Below are positions 14,830 through 31,350 of a stretch of DNA of 64,000 nucleotides, piece after piece. Made by a program: the position numbers and the translations under genes. The stretch comes from Eledone cirrhosa (Eukaryota): positions 313,844,001 to 313,908,000 of the forward strand of contig OZ024742.1 of assembly GCA_964016885.1 (NCBI GenBank). The letters run 5' to 3'. The notes under the pieces are model-generated. The model searched no databases. It worked only from the letters and a program-made list of their open reading frames with translations, and was not told the origin of the DNA. Numbering within the stretch: the first letter of the stretch is position 1; every line of letters starts with the position of its first letter.

Positions 14830-15010
14830 GATTTAGAAACAAAGCCAACAATTTTTGGGGAGGGGAAAGTCGATTAAATCGAACCAGTGTATTACTGGTA
14901 CTTTATTTTATTGGCCCCAAAAGGATGAAAGGCAAAGTTAACATCAGCGAGATTTGAAACCAGAACGTAAAAGGCCGTAACACTGTGCCGGAAAGCTTGG
15001 TGTCCTACGC
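14830..15010 (-). mobile_element. tRNA-derived SINE, diverged
   Basis: Main SINE consensus. Confidence 0.75.
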
Positions 15011-15609
15011 CCAAGCCCAGAAATGCTATAGGGTCAATTTCTCATAACGGTCGTTGGCAAATTCTCTTTCTGTCTTTTAAGAGTCTTCACCCTATCTTAT
15101 AAGCTACCTTTGAGCACTTTCTTTATACTTATAAATACACATATATTCTTAATACTTCAAAAGCCAAAAAATCGGCTTCGTACATTGTTTATTTACACAC
15201 GGATCTCTGTCTCTGCTGATAGCTGAAAGCTGTTGTTCAGTTATATAGTTAACATTTCAACGAGAAGTTTGTCATTGGCTCCTGAGCTTAAAGGTTAAAG
15301 CGTCTAGTCGGTATCTGAAGGATATTGGGTTCAATTCCCCTTACCGATCGTTGGCCAATACTTTTTCTGTCTTTGAAGGGTCTTCACCCTATTTTATAAG
15401 CTAACTTTATAGTATTTCTGCGCTTGAGCACTTTCTTTATACGGATCTAGCTGTCGAAACGGCCGGGGCTCAGCCGTCGGGGTCCTGGCTCTTTTCTTAT
15501 TACCCACTCTACTACCCTCAAGTATTGAGTACTCTGGTGCGTTATGGTCTACCTGGTATCTTACTATACCCTCTTTGTTATATATATATTTATGTATATA
15601 TATATATAT

Positions 15610-16686
<1,077 letters not shown>

Positions 16687-16816
16687 GGTAGGTGTGTAAC
16701 GATATTTACAGGCGGTTCACCGGTCAGGGCGCTCAATGCAATTTCAAATGTCCATCACGTGTAGGGTTTATACTTCCGTGTGCTAAGGGCAGATGTAATT
16801 ATCAGAGTATATATAA

Positions 16817-17241
<425 letters not shown>

Positions 17242-17485
17242 ATATATATATATATTTCGTTTCTGAATTTGTTTAGCAAGATTCTTTATCTGAAAACGTG
17301 TGTTGAAACCGATATTGTTATGCTTTGGGAGGGTCATGTTGCCAATAAGAAACCAATAAGAAACCAATAAGAAACCAACCGGAAATTTATAAATTTTTAA
17401 ATCCATAAATTTAATTTATAATAAATTGGAGTGAAAGCTGCTGGTGCGTGTGTTTCTTATTGGCAACATGACCCTCCCAAAGCAT

Positions 17486-17552
<67 letters not shown>

Positions 17553-17954
17553 TGGTACATATTCACACACAGACATACATATATCTATCTATCTATCTAT
17601 CTATATATATATACACGGTACATATAATGTATCTTTTTTGTATTTTCGTTGTTGTAGTGGCACTGTGGCAACATATTTCCGGTCACAATTTTCACTGTCA
17701 CACTCCTAACGTATTGTTATTACCCTGAGCTATAATCTATCGATTTATCGATATCATCTCATTGAGTGCTTCGTGTCATCCTCAGAAGATTGATTTCGAA
17801 AAATGCTAATTGCAGGTGCAACTTCGATTTTACTCACTATTATTACACCCCCCCCCACATATATATATATATAAAAGGTAAACATACATAACAACACAAA
17901 CGGTACAGTATATGGAAGGAATATATTAGGTTAACGCTTGAAATAGGAGAAAGA

Positions 17955-17995
17955 GGGTTTTAACGTTTCGGACGCTAGTCTTTCATCAGAAGAAA
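17955..17995 (-). ncRNA. Degenerate minimal hammerhead motif
   Basis: tt-CTGATGA-aa-gac-tagc-gtc-c-GAAA-cgtt-aa; weak stem I. Confidence 0.4.
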
Positions 17996-18103
17996 GAATG
18001 AGAAATAAGATAGATTGAGGGGACGTGCGGGTTGAGGTATATACATATATGCATATACAGTTATATAAGCACAAACACTTAAGCACACACTGACACACGC
18101 ACG

Positions 18104-18232
<129 letters not shown>

Positions 18233-18487
18233 ATATATACACATATGTACACATATACATATATGGATATGTTTGCGTGCGCACACACACATACGTGTGT
18301 GTGTGTGTCTGTATGTGTGTGTGTACGTGTGTATGTGCGTGTGTCTGTCTGTTTGTATGTGTGTGTGTGCGCGTGTGTGTCTGTCTGTATGAAGTATATG
18401 CTTGCACAGATGAATTTAATTGGAGGTTGTTAGCTAGGTGAGATATCTCTACAACTGTCTTCTATCTCTAGGCAAAATCAAAGTAAG

Positions 18488-20084
18488 TTCGCCATTATCA
18501 CAATTCCTACCACCACCATCATCAACTTCGCCATTATCACAATTCCTACCACCACCATCATCAACTTCGCCATTATCACAATTCCTACCACCACCATCAT
18601 CAACTTCGCCATTATCACAATTCCTACCACCACCATCATCAACTTCGCCATTATCACAATTCCTACCACCACCATCATCAACTTCGCCATTATCACAATT
18701 CCTACCACCACCATCATCAACTTCGCCATTATCACAATTCCTACCACCACCATCATCAACTTCGCCATTATCACAATTCCTACCACCACCATCATCAACT
18801 TCGCCATTATCACAATTCCTACCACCACCATCATCAACTTCGCCATTATCACAATTCCTACCACCACCATCATCAACTTCGCCATTATCACAATTCCTAC
18901 CACCACCATCATCAACTTCGCCATTATCACAATTCCTACCACCACCATCATCAACTTCGCCATTATCACAATTCCTACCACCACCATCATCAACTTCGCC
19001 ATTATCACAATTCCTACCACCACCATCATCAACTTCGCCATTATCACAATTCCTACCACCACCATCATCAACTTCGCCATTATCACAATTCCTACCACCA
19101 CCATCATCAACTTCGCCATTATCACAATTCCTACCACCACCATCATCAACTTCGCCATTATCACAATTCCTACCACCACCATCATCAACTTCGCCATTAT
19201 CACAATTCCTACCACCACCATCATCAACTTCGCCATTATCACAATTCCTACCACCACCATCATCAACTTCGCCATTATCACAATTCCTACCACCACCATC
19301 ATCAACTTCGCCATTATCACAATTCCTACCACCACCATCATCAACTTCGCCATTATCACAATTCCTACCACCACCATCATCAACTTCGCCATTATCACAA
19401 TTCCTACCACCACCATCATCAACTTCGCCATTATCACAATTCCTACCACCACCATCATCAACTTCGCCATTATCACAATTCCTACCACCACCATCATCAA
19501 CTTCGCCATTATCACAATTCCTACCACCACCATCATCAACTTCGCCATTATCACAATTCCTACCACCACCATCATCAACTTCGCCATTATCACAATTCCT
19601 ACCACCACCATCATCAACTTCGCCATTATCACAATTCCTACCACCACCATCATCAACTTCGCCATTATCACAATTCCTACCACCACCATCATCAACTTCG
19701 CCATTATCACAATTCCTACCACCACCATCATCAACTTCGCCATTATCACAATTCCTACCACCACCATCATCAACTTCGCCATTATCACAATTCCTACCAC
19801 CACCATCATCAACTTCGCCATTATCACAATTCCTACCACCACCATCATCAACTTCGCCATTATCACAATTCCTACCACCACCATCATCAACTTCGCCATT
19901 ATCACAATTCCTACCACCACCATCATCAACTTCGCCATTATCACAATTCCTACCACCACCATCATCAACTTCGCCATTATCACAATTCCTACCACCACCA
20001 TCATCAACTTCGCCATTATCACAATTCCTACCACCACCATCATCAACTTCGCCATTATCACAATTCCTACCACCACCATCATCA
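18488..20084. repeat. Perfect minisatellite, 41 x 39 bp (TTCGCCATTATCACAATTCCTACCACCACCATCATCAAC)
   Basis: First unit at 18488, last at 20048 (1560/39 = 40 intervals); no variant units seen. Confidence 0.97.
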
Positions 20085-20159
20085 CCAGCAGTAATAATAC
20101 ACCACCAACCAATAATTCCTAACATTTCCGAAAATATTTCCACCAAATCTCCCCGCCAT

Positions 20160-20265
20160 TATAAGCACTGTCATCATCATCATCTTCATCATCGTCACCA
20201 CCACCATCACCATTATCATCATCACCATCATCACCACTACCACCATCACCATCATCTTCGCCACC

Positions 20266-20297
<32 letters not shown>

Positions 20298-20840
20298 GAC
20301 CATAATGAAATTCATCATCATGATTATACTCAACCTAACCATCGTGATTATTATACTTATGATCACCATCATCATCACCATCATCATCGTCATCATCATC
20401 ATCACCACCATCACCACCACCACCACCACTACTAGCACCACCAACACCACCATCATCACCACCATCACGACGACGACGACGACGACCACCACCACCACCA
20501 CCACCAACACTATCACTACCATCACCACCATCACCACCACGACTACCACCACCAACACCACCGCCACCACGATCACCAGCAACACCACCACCACCAACAA
20601 AACCACCACCACCACCACCAACACCACCACCACCAACAAAACCACCACCACCACCACCAACAACAACAACACCACCACCACCACCACCACTACCACCACC
20701 ACGATCACCACCACCACCACCAACACCACCACCAACACCACCACCACCACGATCACCACCACCACCACCACCACCACCACCATCACCACCACTACCACCA
20801 TCATCAACAACAACATCACAAGAATAATCTTCATCATCAT
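20160..20840. repeat. Degenerate (CAC/CAT)n trinucleotide tract
   Basis: Directly visible. Confidence 0.9.
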
Positions 20841-21239
20841 GATTATAGTTGATTTATGTTGACAATGGCAGCTGCGAAAACATACATTCTCATTCTAAAT
20901 TGACAGATGTTAAACCACGCTCCTATGTAGAAAATAAACCAATCAGCTTCTTGCAAGTCATCACACCTTTTTGGCGCAGCAATAAGCATAATGTTAGAAA
21001 TAGAGCGATGTTTGGCCAAGATTTTGGGCTTGTCAAATACAGATCTAGCTCTGTTTTGGCCTGATTTACCAGCAGTCTTCCCGATTCAGATATACAAAAA
21101 TTTTGTACTTGTTCTTTTCAGTATGTTTTACTGCTGAGCCGATGTCTGAATCTTTTAAGCCCTTTAAAACATATTCTCCAACTATATATGTCAGAACTAT
21201 TCCTTTCATAACAATACATGAATGTGACAATTCCTCTAA

Positions 21240-21345
21240 ATCAGACCTGTCAACTCTCCCGTCTGACGGGTAGATCTCCCATCCACTTTGGGGTGGGTGA
21301 GAGATGTCTTCTCTTGTGAAAATGGGTATAGCTTTCATTATGTAC
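21240..21345. repeat. Dispersed repeat shared with 61220-61325
   Basis: tcagacctgtcaac...ccgtctgacggg...gagatgtcttct.ttgtgaaaatgggtatag.tttcattatgta occurs at both loci. Confidence 0.75.
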
Positions 21346-22700
21346 CCGCCGAGGTCAACTTTGCCTTTCATCCTTACGGGGTCGATAAAATAAAGTACCA
21401 GTAATGTACTGGGTATTTCCTGGCCTTGTGCCTAAAGTAGAAACAATTATAAACACTTTCCTCTAAAGTCATCATTATAGTGACTGTCATCACCATGGTT
21501 TCTATCATTATCATTGTAATCATTATCACCACCATTAACAATACTATCAGCACGTATTATAAATTCATTGAACAGCAACAACAAAAGCAATACAAACAGA
21601 TACGCTATATTAAAATAATTGTTTCTAATTTTGGCACAAGCCCAGTAATTACTCAGTGCATTACTGGTACTTTATTTTATCGACTCCGTAGGTATGAAAG
21701 GCAAAGTTAACCTAGGTGAGATTTGAACTCAGACCGTAAAGGGATGTAACTCTATGCTGCAAAGCAGGGCGTCCAACCTTCTACCGATACTGACAATCTA
21801 CCTATATTAAAATAATTGTTTCTACTTTTGGCACAAGGCCAGCAATTATCAGTGTATTACTGGTACTTTATTTTATCGACTATATTAAATCTACCTATAT
21901 TAAAATAATTGTTTCTACTTTTGGCACAAGGCCAGCAATTACCCAGTACATTACTGGTACTTTATTTTATCGACCCATATGGATGAAAGCAAAGTTAACC
22001 TCGGCGGGACTTGAACTCAGATTGTAAAGGGACGTAACTATGCTGGAAAGCATGTCCGACCCTCTACCGATACTGCCAATTCACCGCCCTTTATTAAAAT
22101 AAGTGTTTCTACTTTTGGCACAAGGCCAGCAATTACCCAGTACATAACTGGTGCTTTATTTTATCGACCCCATAAGGATGAAAGGCAAAGTTGACCTCGG
22201 CGGGGTTTGAACTCAGAATGGAAAGGGTCGTAACTCTATGCGTCAAAGCATGGTGTCCGACTCTCTACCGATACTGCCAATCCATAATGATTTCTAGTAT
22301 AGGCACAAGGCCAGTAATTTGTGGGGAGGGGAAAGTCAATTAAATAGACCCCAGTACGTTACTGGTGCTTTATTTTATCGACCCCGTAAGGATGAAAGGC
22401 AAAGTTAACCTCGGCGGGATTTGAACTCAGACCGTTAAGGGGCGTAATTCTATGTTGCAAAGCATTGCGTCCGACCCTCTACCGATACTGCCAATCCACC
22501 TATATTAAAATAATTGTTTCTACTTTTGGCACAAGGCCAGCAATTATCCCAGTACATTACTGGTACTTTATTTTATCGACTCCGTAAGGATGAAAGGCAA
22601 AGTTAACCTCGGTGAGATTTGAACTCAGACTGTAAAGGGACGTAACTCTGTGTTGCAAAGCATTGCGTCCGACCCTCTACCGATACTGCCAATCCACCTA
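21345..22700. mobile_element. SINE cluster: one plus-strand 3' part (21345-21450) and a head-to-tail array of ~6 minus-strand copies (21617-22700)
   Basis: Repeated main-family consensus; most copies preceded by tattaaaataa. Confidence 0.88.
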
Positions 22701-23008
22701 TAATAAAATAATACCTTGCAGTTTTAACGTCACAAATCAACATTCTGTGACGTTTAACCCTGCGATGGACTGATGTCCTGTCCAGGGGGAGTCTTGTACT
22801 GTCAGCCGCTTAACGCCAAGAAAACTTGGATACGCAATCTGTACTGTAGCAGTGAACAGATTGAACAAATTCTAAATTCTCGGATATTGATAGTGATTAA
22901 AGGTGATTTATTGCTTACGTGGACATTGCATTTCGTTTGATTTTATGATCGACCGTCATCAGTTGTTAGTTTCTTGGATGTGTATCTAGACTAAACAAAA
23001 GTCTAAAG

Positions 23009-25919
23009 CAGGGGTCGGCAACCTTTTGGAGAGAGAGGGCCAAACACCTATGCAGTGTCATGGAGGAGGGCCATGTTATTAAATATGTAAATAAATTTTC
23101 TGGAGGTTTAAAGCAAAACAAGGAATTTAATATAATTTTATTTTAACAAGGCCCCTTATTTTACTGCAGGAATAACAAAAAACAAAAAACAAAAAAAAAA
23201 AACTACAAACACATAAAAAAAAAAAAGCAAATTCCTTATTTTACTGCAGGAATAACAGAAAAACAACTACTATCACAATCAACAAAAAAAAGCAAATTCC
23301 TTGCTACAAACGAAATACAGTTAGAAATGGTAAATGGTTTAATGAGACACTTGTTTCTGCTTATTGTGCGATAACTTCTCCACATCAGGTGAAATATTTG
23401 TCGATGACAGGAGCAAAACATCATCCAGGTGGTCGTCACGTTACCTTGTTCTTAAATGACTTTTAGTATATTTCATTTTGGAAAAAAGTGGTTCACAAGC
23501 ATATGTACTTCCAAATAATGATATCATCAGTTTCGCATTAGTCAAGATGTTTTTATATTTTCCGCTTGGCAATATATATTTCTTGTAGAAGTCAGCAGTG
23601 GATTCGAACTGAAATTTCGATTTCTAAGATTCGTCGCACTGTAAGTCAATTAACTCCAACTGATATTCTTCTGCCACTTGCTTCACATCTGTTTCGTAAG
23701 GAGTACCAAATAACTTAGAGTTTCATATTGCCGGAAGTCAGCAAAACGAGAGGAAAACTCGCTTCTCGAATCCTTAATAGAGCTCACCAAGATGTCTGGT
23801 ATTATATCTCTCTTGTGATTTTGGAGACATGGGAAATGAGAGTAGTTTCCTTTTTGAAGTTGTGATTCCCACAGTCGAAGTTTTCTCTCAAAAGCAGTAA
23901 TTTGACCAAACATCTCAAATACAACCTTGTTCTTTCCTTGAAACTCAAGATTCAAAGTGTGCATGTGGGTCGTGATGTCCACTAAAAAAGCTAACTTGAC
24001 AACCCACTGTGGATCCTGAAAGTAAGAATTATCTTGGTCTTTGCTCTCTAAAAACATAGAAATCTCTTCTCTCAATGCATATACTCGTTCTATCATTGGC
24101 TAAGCCATCGAACATTTGAAAAATATGTAAGGTCGCCATACTCTGCTTCAATTTGTTTTAGAAATTCTCGAAACTGGCGGTGATTTAGTCCTCTTGACAG
24201 TATAACATTCACTGTTTTCACGACCACTGCCATGATATCCTTAAAATTCAGTGACTTTGCACATAATGATTCTTGATGAATAATGCAATGAAGTTTGATT
24301 AGTTTTTTTATCAATACCGATGTGGTTTTGGAGCAATGCAGCAAATCCCTTTTTCTCTCCAACCATTGCTGGTGCTCCATCTGTGATTACTCCAGAAAGC
24401 TTTGATAAATCCAGATTCATTTCGGTAATCCATTTTATTATGCTTTCCAAAATATCTGCTCCAGTGCTTGTGTCCTTCATAGGAATCAATTGTACAAATT
24501 CTTCCACAATATCAAATTGACAAGTTGACAAGTATCCTTCATATCTGTGGTTTCATCGATAGCAATGGAATAATACTCCAGATTATTTAAAATGCCCTCC
24601 AAGCCACTTCTGACATTAGATGCCAGCTCTTCAATTCGCCTTGTTACTGTTCTTGCCGATAAGCTGATCGCAGAAAATAATTCCACAAACAACATCTGCT
24701 ACCTTCAACAATAATTCTTTGAAGAAATCTCCATCAGTAAAAGGTTTCATCTTTTCTGCAATTAGTTTTGAGACCTTGTAGCTAGCACGAGTGTTTCGGT
24801 CACTTTCTTCAACTTTTCTAGTGAAAAAGGATGATTACTTTGTTACATTATTTCTCAGCCGTGCAACTTCGTTTACTCGTGCTTTCCCAGTAAAACTGTT
24901 GTAATGATTATGACGAGTTTCATAGTGCCGTTTAATATTTGAAACTTTCTTCACGGCAATGGTTTCTTGACAAATTAAGCAAACACATTTTCCGAAGTGC
25001 TCAATGAAAAAATAGCTAAGTGTCCAGCCATCGTTAAAAGTTCGGCACTCCAAATCCACTTTTCTTTTCTTAGCTTCCATGGGCTTGTTTTTGTTCAAAC
25101 AAAAAAGATTTATGGAAAGGAAAAAGAATAAAAAGTATAATAATCAGAATGAAGAAATAAGAAACAATGAAAACAAATGTAAATGCAAATACAGTAATGC
25201 GATAAAATATGATAATTGTGAATAAATTATATAAAACCAGGTTTCTAACGACGTTGTTAGATCAGGGTTGCCATTTGTTTTTTTAAACCACTTTTGGCCT
25301 AATTCTAATAATAATAATTCACACAATTTATCACAAATAATTAAATAAACGTTATTATCGAATAAAGATACCTACTGTATAGTTGTTGTACCACCAGACA
25401 ACAAACTCAAATGAAAATACTCTGGGGAGGAGGGAACGAAGTAATTTTTCCGGGGGCACAGGTAAGGTCAGGCAAACGAAGACGACAATAATTCACGAGT
25501 GATTTTATTGAATGACAATATGGGTATAAAAGCGAATCATGCGAACCGTAAGGTAGTATACCTTCCAGACGCTGACGAAAATGTATACTTCCAGCCAACA
25601 TTTGTGTTTGTTGACTGGAACAAAAACACATACATGAAATCACAGGAAATAATAGTACAGGTGATATAATGCATATAAAGATGGATAAAAGGAAATAATA
25701 ATAAATGGAAAATATAATAAGGTTACAAAGGTATCTGTAAATATATACGGTATGAGCAGCGATTTGTGATGGGCATCAGGTCGGCACAACCTTGAAGTGA
25801 ACTACTGTATCTGTATTCGATACTAATTAGATAATTAGTGTTCAGTGTAAGATGGCGGGCCAGACAAAAATCACTCGAGGGCCGGATGTGGCCCGCGGGC
25901 CGGGGGTTGCCGGCCCCTG
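23009..25919 (-). mobile_element. Full-length hAT DNA transposon, Buster subgroup (SPIN/GTF2IRD2-like)
   Basis: 15-bp TIRs CAGGGGTCGGCAACC / GGTTGCCGGCCCCTG (1 mismatch); perfect 8-bp TSD GTCTAAAG at 23001-23008 and 25920-25927 with central TA. Confidence 0.95.
23339..25080 (-). pseudogene. hAT transposase pseudogene (frameshifts and stops)
   Basis: MEAKKRKVD.ECR.F NLS, BED finger CLIC...HYETRH, AIDETTD, ITDGAPAM, HCIIHQESLC, VRWLS, FGSTYACE.LFS, C-terminal QVSH*; split over at least 5 ORFs. Confidence 0.92.
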
Positions 25920-25949
25920 GTCTAAAGTCTGTCTCGAGCCATGAAGCTC

Positions 25950-26090
25950 TTCAGGCCTGTGCTCATCTCTGTTTCCTTGGTGTTAAGCGACTGACAGTAC
26001 AAAACTCCTCCTGGACAGGACACCAGTCCACCGCAGGGTTAAACTTCCAGTTACTGCTGCTATTCATTTACAGAGGTTGGCAGGTTTGCC
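25950..26090 (-). mobile_element. Fragment of second SINE family (copies at 22755-22826 + and 41361-41600 +)
   Basis: aaccctgcg.tggactggtgtcctgtccagg block. Confidence 0.65.
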
Positions 26091-27066
26091 AAATAGAACT
26101 CACTATGAGAAAGGTCAAATAATAAGCAGCCATATTGGAAAGTGATTCTCTCTAAACCTCCAATTTCTTACAATGGACAGGATTCAGTTCTGATGAGTAA
26201 TGAGATGTTTTAGGACATAACACACAACCACCAAGAAAAACTAAAAACTTGACAATTGAAATAACATATTTTGAGAAATAGTTAACCGAACATCCTTGTA
26301 AGAAAGCTGATCAATAATCATTTTTATTTTCCAAACATTTCTCCCTGCAATTACAGCAACATTACTTTATTACATGCAGTTATTAAAACATACTGTTATG
26401 TTGTGTAAAATATTTAAAAAATAACTTCCTCACATTTTATGTACAAAACTTATATGTGAACACATAGTTTCACAATTTTTGTTTTATTATAAATATACTT
26501 GACATTTTAGAATTTCTTTTCTAACATTTATCGTCTGTATGTTAATCGCTATTATGGAAACAATTCCATATTTATATGTTCTTTCCCTTTAACAATTTTA
26601 CATGTATATTGAAGATAAGGAAATGATTATTCTCAGCAATAACAATACAAATATTTCTTTTATGACAAACCTTATGCATCAACCATTTTAAACTTGGTTT
26701 CATATTGTAAACATTATGTGGGTGTATTTGTTATTTTTGAAAACAATGGAATATCTAATCTTTAGGCATTTAATATAACTCTTTTGTATTCTTAAGTATA
26801 AATGTATGATTCTAGGCAGAATTTTGTTCCATTCAGTTGTTAATATTTTCTCGCGAATAAAGAAAATACATGTGTAACTCTATTCGTGTTTTCGAGTGGA
26901 ATTCGTTATGGTAGAGTTTTTCCATTTAAGATTTACCAGATCTAATTACAATCTATTACATATAGATGTAAACATTGAAAAAAATTCTTATAATGCAATC
27001 AATATTTCGAAAAAAGGATTTCATTAATAACTTATCTCAGACACTTAGACATTCTATGATATAATG

Positions 27067-27106
<40 letters not shown>

Positions 27107-27314
27107 CATTAAAAGTAAAACTGTATGGTATATTTTATAGATATTCAGTGAAATCCGATGAAACATTTACACTAAAATCTGAAAGCAAAAATACGAAAAT
27201 ATAGGATTTAAAAAAAAATTATTTGAAATATCGAGGGCTGAGTGAAGCTTATCAGTTGGTAAGCAGTTCATTAAAAAATGGGGAGATAAATGCATTTCGC
27301 ATTTTATCAACGAA

Positions 27315-28663
<1,349 letters not shown>

Positions 28664-28755
28664 TGCAAAAAAACAACAAAAACAAAAACAACAAAAACAA
28701 AGAAAAAAACTTGCCGTAAACTCTACAGCGATTTTACAATAACAATTACTCTGAC

Positions 28756-29022
28756 CCAGGGGTAAATCCCGAGCATGATGGTTGGATAACATCCATGAGC
28801 TTGGCTGGTCTCGCTTGGGGATCCAGTCAGATCAGTTGGAGACGGTTGCTTCTGATAGGACTCGCTGGAAAGAGTGTTTGAGAACTCTTCCCCCACGACT
28901 CTCCAAGGATTCGGTGGACGAAGAAGAAGAAGAAGAAGAAGAAGAAGAAGAAGAAGAAGAAGAAGAAGAAGAAGAAGAAGAAGAAGAAGAAGAAGAAGAA
29001 GAAGAAGAAGAAGAAGAAGAAG
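28756..29022 (+). mobile_element. 5'-truncated RTE (Rex3/Expander-like) LINE with (GAA)n tail
   Basis: PRGKSRA*WLDNIHELGWSRLGIQSDQLETVASDRTRWKECLRTLPPR; 11-bp TSD ATTACTCTGAC at 28745-28755 and 29023-29033. Confidence 0.85.
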
Positions 29023-29334
29023 ATTACTCTGACTATGACATCGATAATAACGACAACCACCTCAACATCCACGCCAACAAGTACAACGTTAGTAACAGCA
29101 GCGCTAGCAACAACAACATCAATAACAGTAACAGCAATAAATCCACCATTATTATGAAAGGAATCAAGTCGATCTAATACAAGTGTCTCAAACATTCGGC
29201 CCACAAACTACTATTCTATGGCTCGCGGCAGAACAATTTTCGTCTGCCAACCTACGTCTTGTATGTCTGCCCTCCTACATCACATAACTCAGTATCATAT
29301 ACACATTCATTTTGATAAAAATAAATGAATAAAT

Positions 29335-29670
29335 AGATCCTTTATCTGGGACCCCAAATGTTGTGACACGTTCTCCGTCTCCAACTTAGTCGCTTCGGCC
29401 ACAAACCCCGGCACTGCGCCAGCAGTGGAGAGGAAAGGAAGACAAACAAATACCGGGGATTGTCCGGCCGCTTCCTCTTCGCATCGGTCACCGTGTTGAG
29501 ACCTCAGTCATACTCGGACCCCGTACTGTGGAGCTCCTCCGCAAGATCGGAACGTTAGCAACCCGTCTGAAGAAGGAGCTCCACTAACTGGGGTGGCTGT
29601 TGCAGCGGCTGTTTCTGGCCATTGTCCACGGAAATGCTTTTGCGGTCGTATTTGCGGGGCGCAGCCTCAT
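29335..29670 (+). pseudogene. CRE-clade retrotransposon 3' fragment (REL endonuclease)
   Basis: FIWDPKCCDTFSVSNLVASATNPG...K..KYRGLSGRFLF...VETSVILGP...LLRKIG...WLLQRLFLAIVHGNAFAV across frameshifts. Confidence 0.75.
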
Positions 29671-30399
29671 CACCACCACGCCATAGGCCCAGAGCCCAAC
29701 ACCCCTCCTATTTTTCTGTGGCCCTAGAGCCCTTGCTTTCGTTTCCTTTTCCATTTTCTAATATTTGTAGAGATAAAAATATATGGAACGTTTCTAATGA
29801 AATTAGGTCATGTTTTTATACACCACGTGATGACAATGTCAGTTTCTATGGATATTATAAATAGTGCTTCTTCTTCCTTATGGCATGCATTTAGTTTCTT
29901 AATTGCAGCCTGTTAGCTGCATCGCAGATTAAAGTTATAACTGTTGGAAATTACGCCTATTCAACTCATCTCACTTTTGCCCTGCTTTGCCTCTCTCCCT
30001 GGGCTTAAGGCCCTTTTCAGCTCTTGTGTTTAAGACTCCAGATCTAATGTATCCAACTTACTCGACTAGTAGTTTTATTGTTTACTTTCATACCCGAAAC
30101 AATGAAATGTGGAGTCGAACATGACGAGATTTTAACTTGAACGGAGAAGGATGTTACTCACCCTTTTGTCTGGTATTCTTATATTTTTTCTATCAATGAT
30201 AATGTTTTCTAATTTAGGTATAAGTGGTGATGGTGGTAGGGGAGTCGATTGCATCGATTCTAGTATTTAACTGGTACTATATTTTATCGATTTCAGAATG
30301 ACGAAGGACAAAGTTGATCTCAGCGGATGTCGAACAGAACAGTACAGGCAAACCAGAGAGAATGTAATTAATTTTGGCGATGTTGTGCGATTTATTTCA

Positions 30400-31350
30400 A
30401 ATCCTGCGGTGAGCTTCTTTATAAGCCGCCATGATTGTTTGACATATTAATTAATATTACTGCTAATATGGATTGCCTTGAAAGCGTTTCTGTTATGAAT
30501 ATCTGTACAGGGAAATAAGCACCGAATAGTGAGATTTCCCTGCAAGTCGAATGAATTATTTTTTCGTTATTGACGAGACAGCCTTCCTCTGCTTTTAATC
30601 TCTAATCCTAACCTTTGTTTCTTCTCCATCTCAACTGAATGTATTCTGCTTTATCGTGTGCTTTTGCTGAATTATATTGGAGAAGTCATGATTATACGAT
30701 TCTCAACTAGAGTTGCAAAATTTCCTCGTCTATTTCCATCCTGTCATCATTTTCAGATATTGGTCGCTTAGGCATTCTGTAAATCTATTTTTAGTTGAGA
30801 TTTTAGTCTTTTCACAATTTCTGTTGTTTCTTCTTTTTCATTATAACTATAATTTCAAACTGTTTTATATTATGTTAGCTTCTTTGAAGACAGAAAACCT
30901 TTTATTTTTCTTTATTAGCATTACAAGACTCAAGCTAGATAAGTGAAGTATTCGAACAACACTTTGCTCAACTATTCAGAGAAAGCGTTGCTGCAGTTCT
31001 TGCTAGAAGATGCAGAGTGTTGTGAAAGCTGACGACAGCGGTTGTAATTCGAATAATGGTAAAGGGTTATATCAGTTCAAATCGCCTTATTTGGATGCTT
31101 TTCTCTATGAGTTTTTCCTATTTATGCCGGACGTATTCTTTGACGTCTGGCAGACGTTTACTCCGACTGACAACAAAACGTGAGGATTTCCATTTCAATA
31201 AACTGGCGTTGTAGCGCTGTTGAAAAAGGACATGAACAAGGAAGACATGTCCCCTGATAGCCAATGATCTCCAGGAGTTTCCCTGTTGAACAATTATCTA
31301 GAAACCTCACAGTGAAGTGAAGACATTTCTGTTCACGGCAAAAGTAAAAT
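30400..31350 (-). pseudogene. Highly decayed LINE endonuclease/linker fragment (RTE-like)
   Basis: LFQQR...KWKS...RLPDVK remnants and A-rich coding-like composition on the minus strand. Confidence 0.35.

Noticed and set aside
15275-15345. tRNA gene
   Set aside because: A- and B-box-like motifs only and no complete cloverleaf; likely a SINE head, as for the other tRNA-like hits
18488-20084. Regular repeat array as a possible CRISPR array
   Set aside because: Units are contiguous with no unique spacers, the context is eukaryotic and there are no cas genes
20160-20862. His-rich or Thr-rich ORFs as cephalopod beak or mucin proteins
   Set aside because: Simple CAC/CAT tract with no signal peptide or Gly-His motif organisation
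22755-26050. Inverted ~70-bp sequences flanking the hAT element as outer TIRs
   Set aside because: Both are fragments of a dispersed SINE (full copy at 41361-41600); the real ends are fixed by the TIR and TSD at 23009 and 25919
28782-29177. Acidic poly-Glu protein ORF
   Set aside because: The (GAA)n run is the 3' tail of an RTE insertion bounded by an 11-bp TSD
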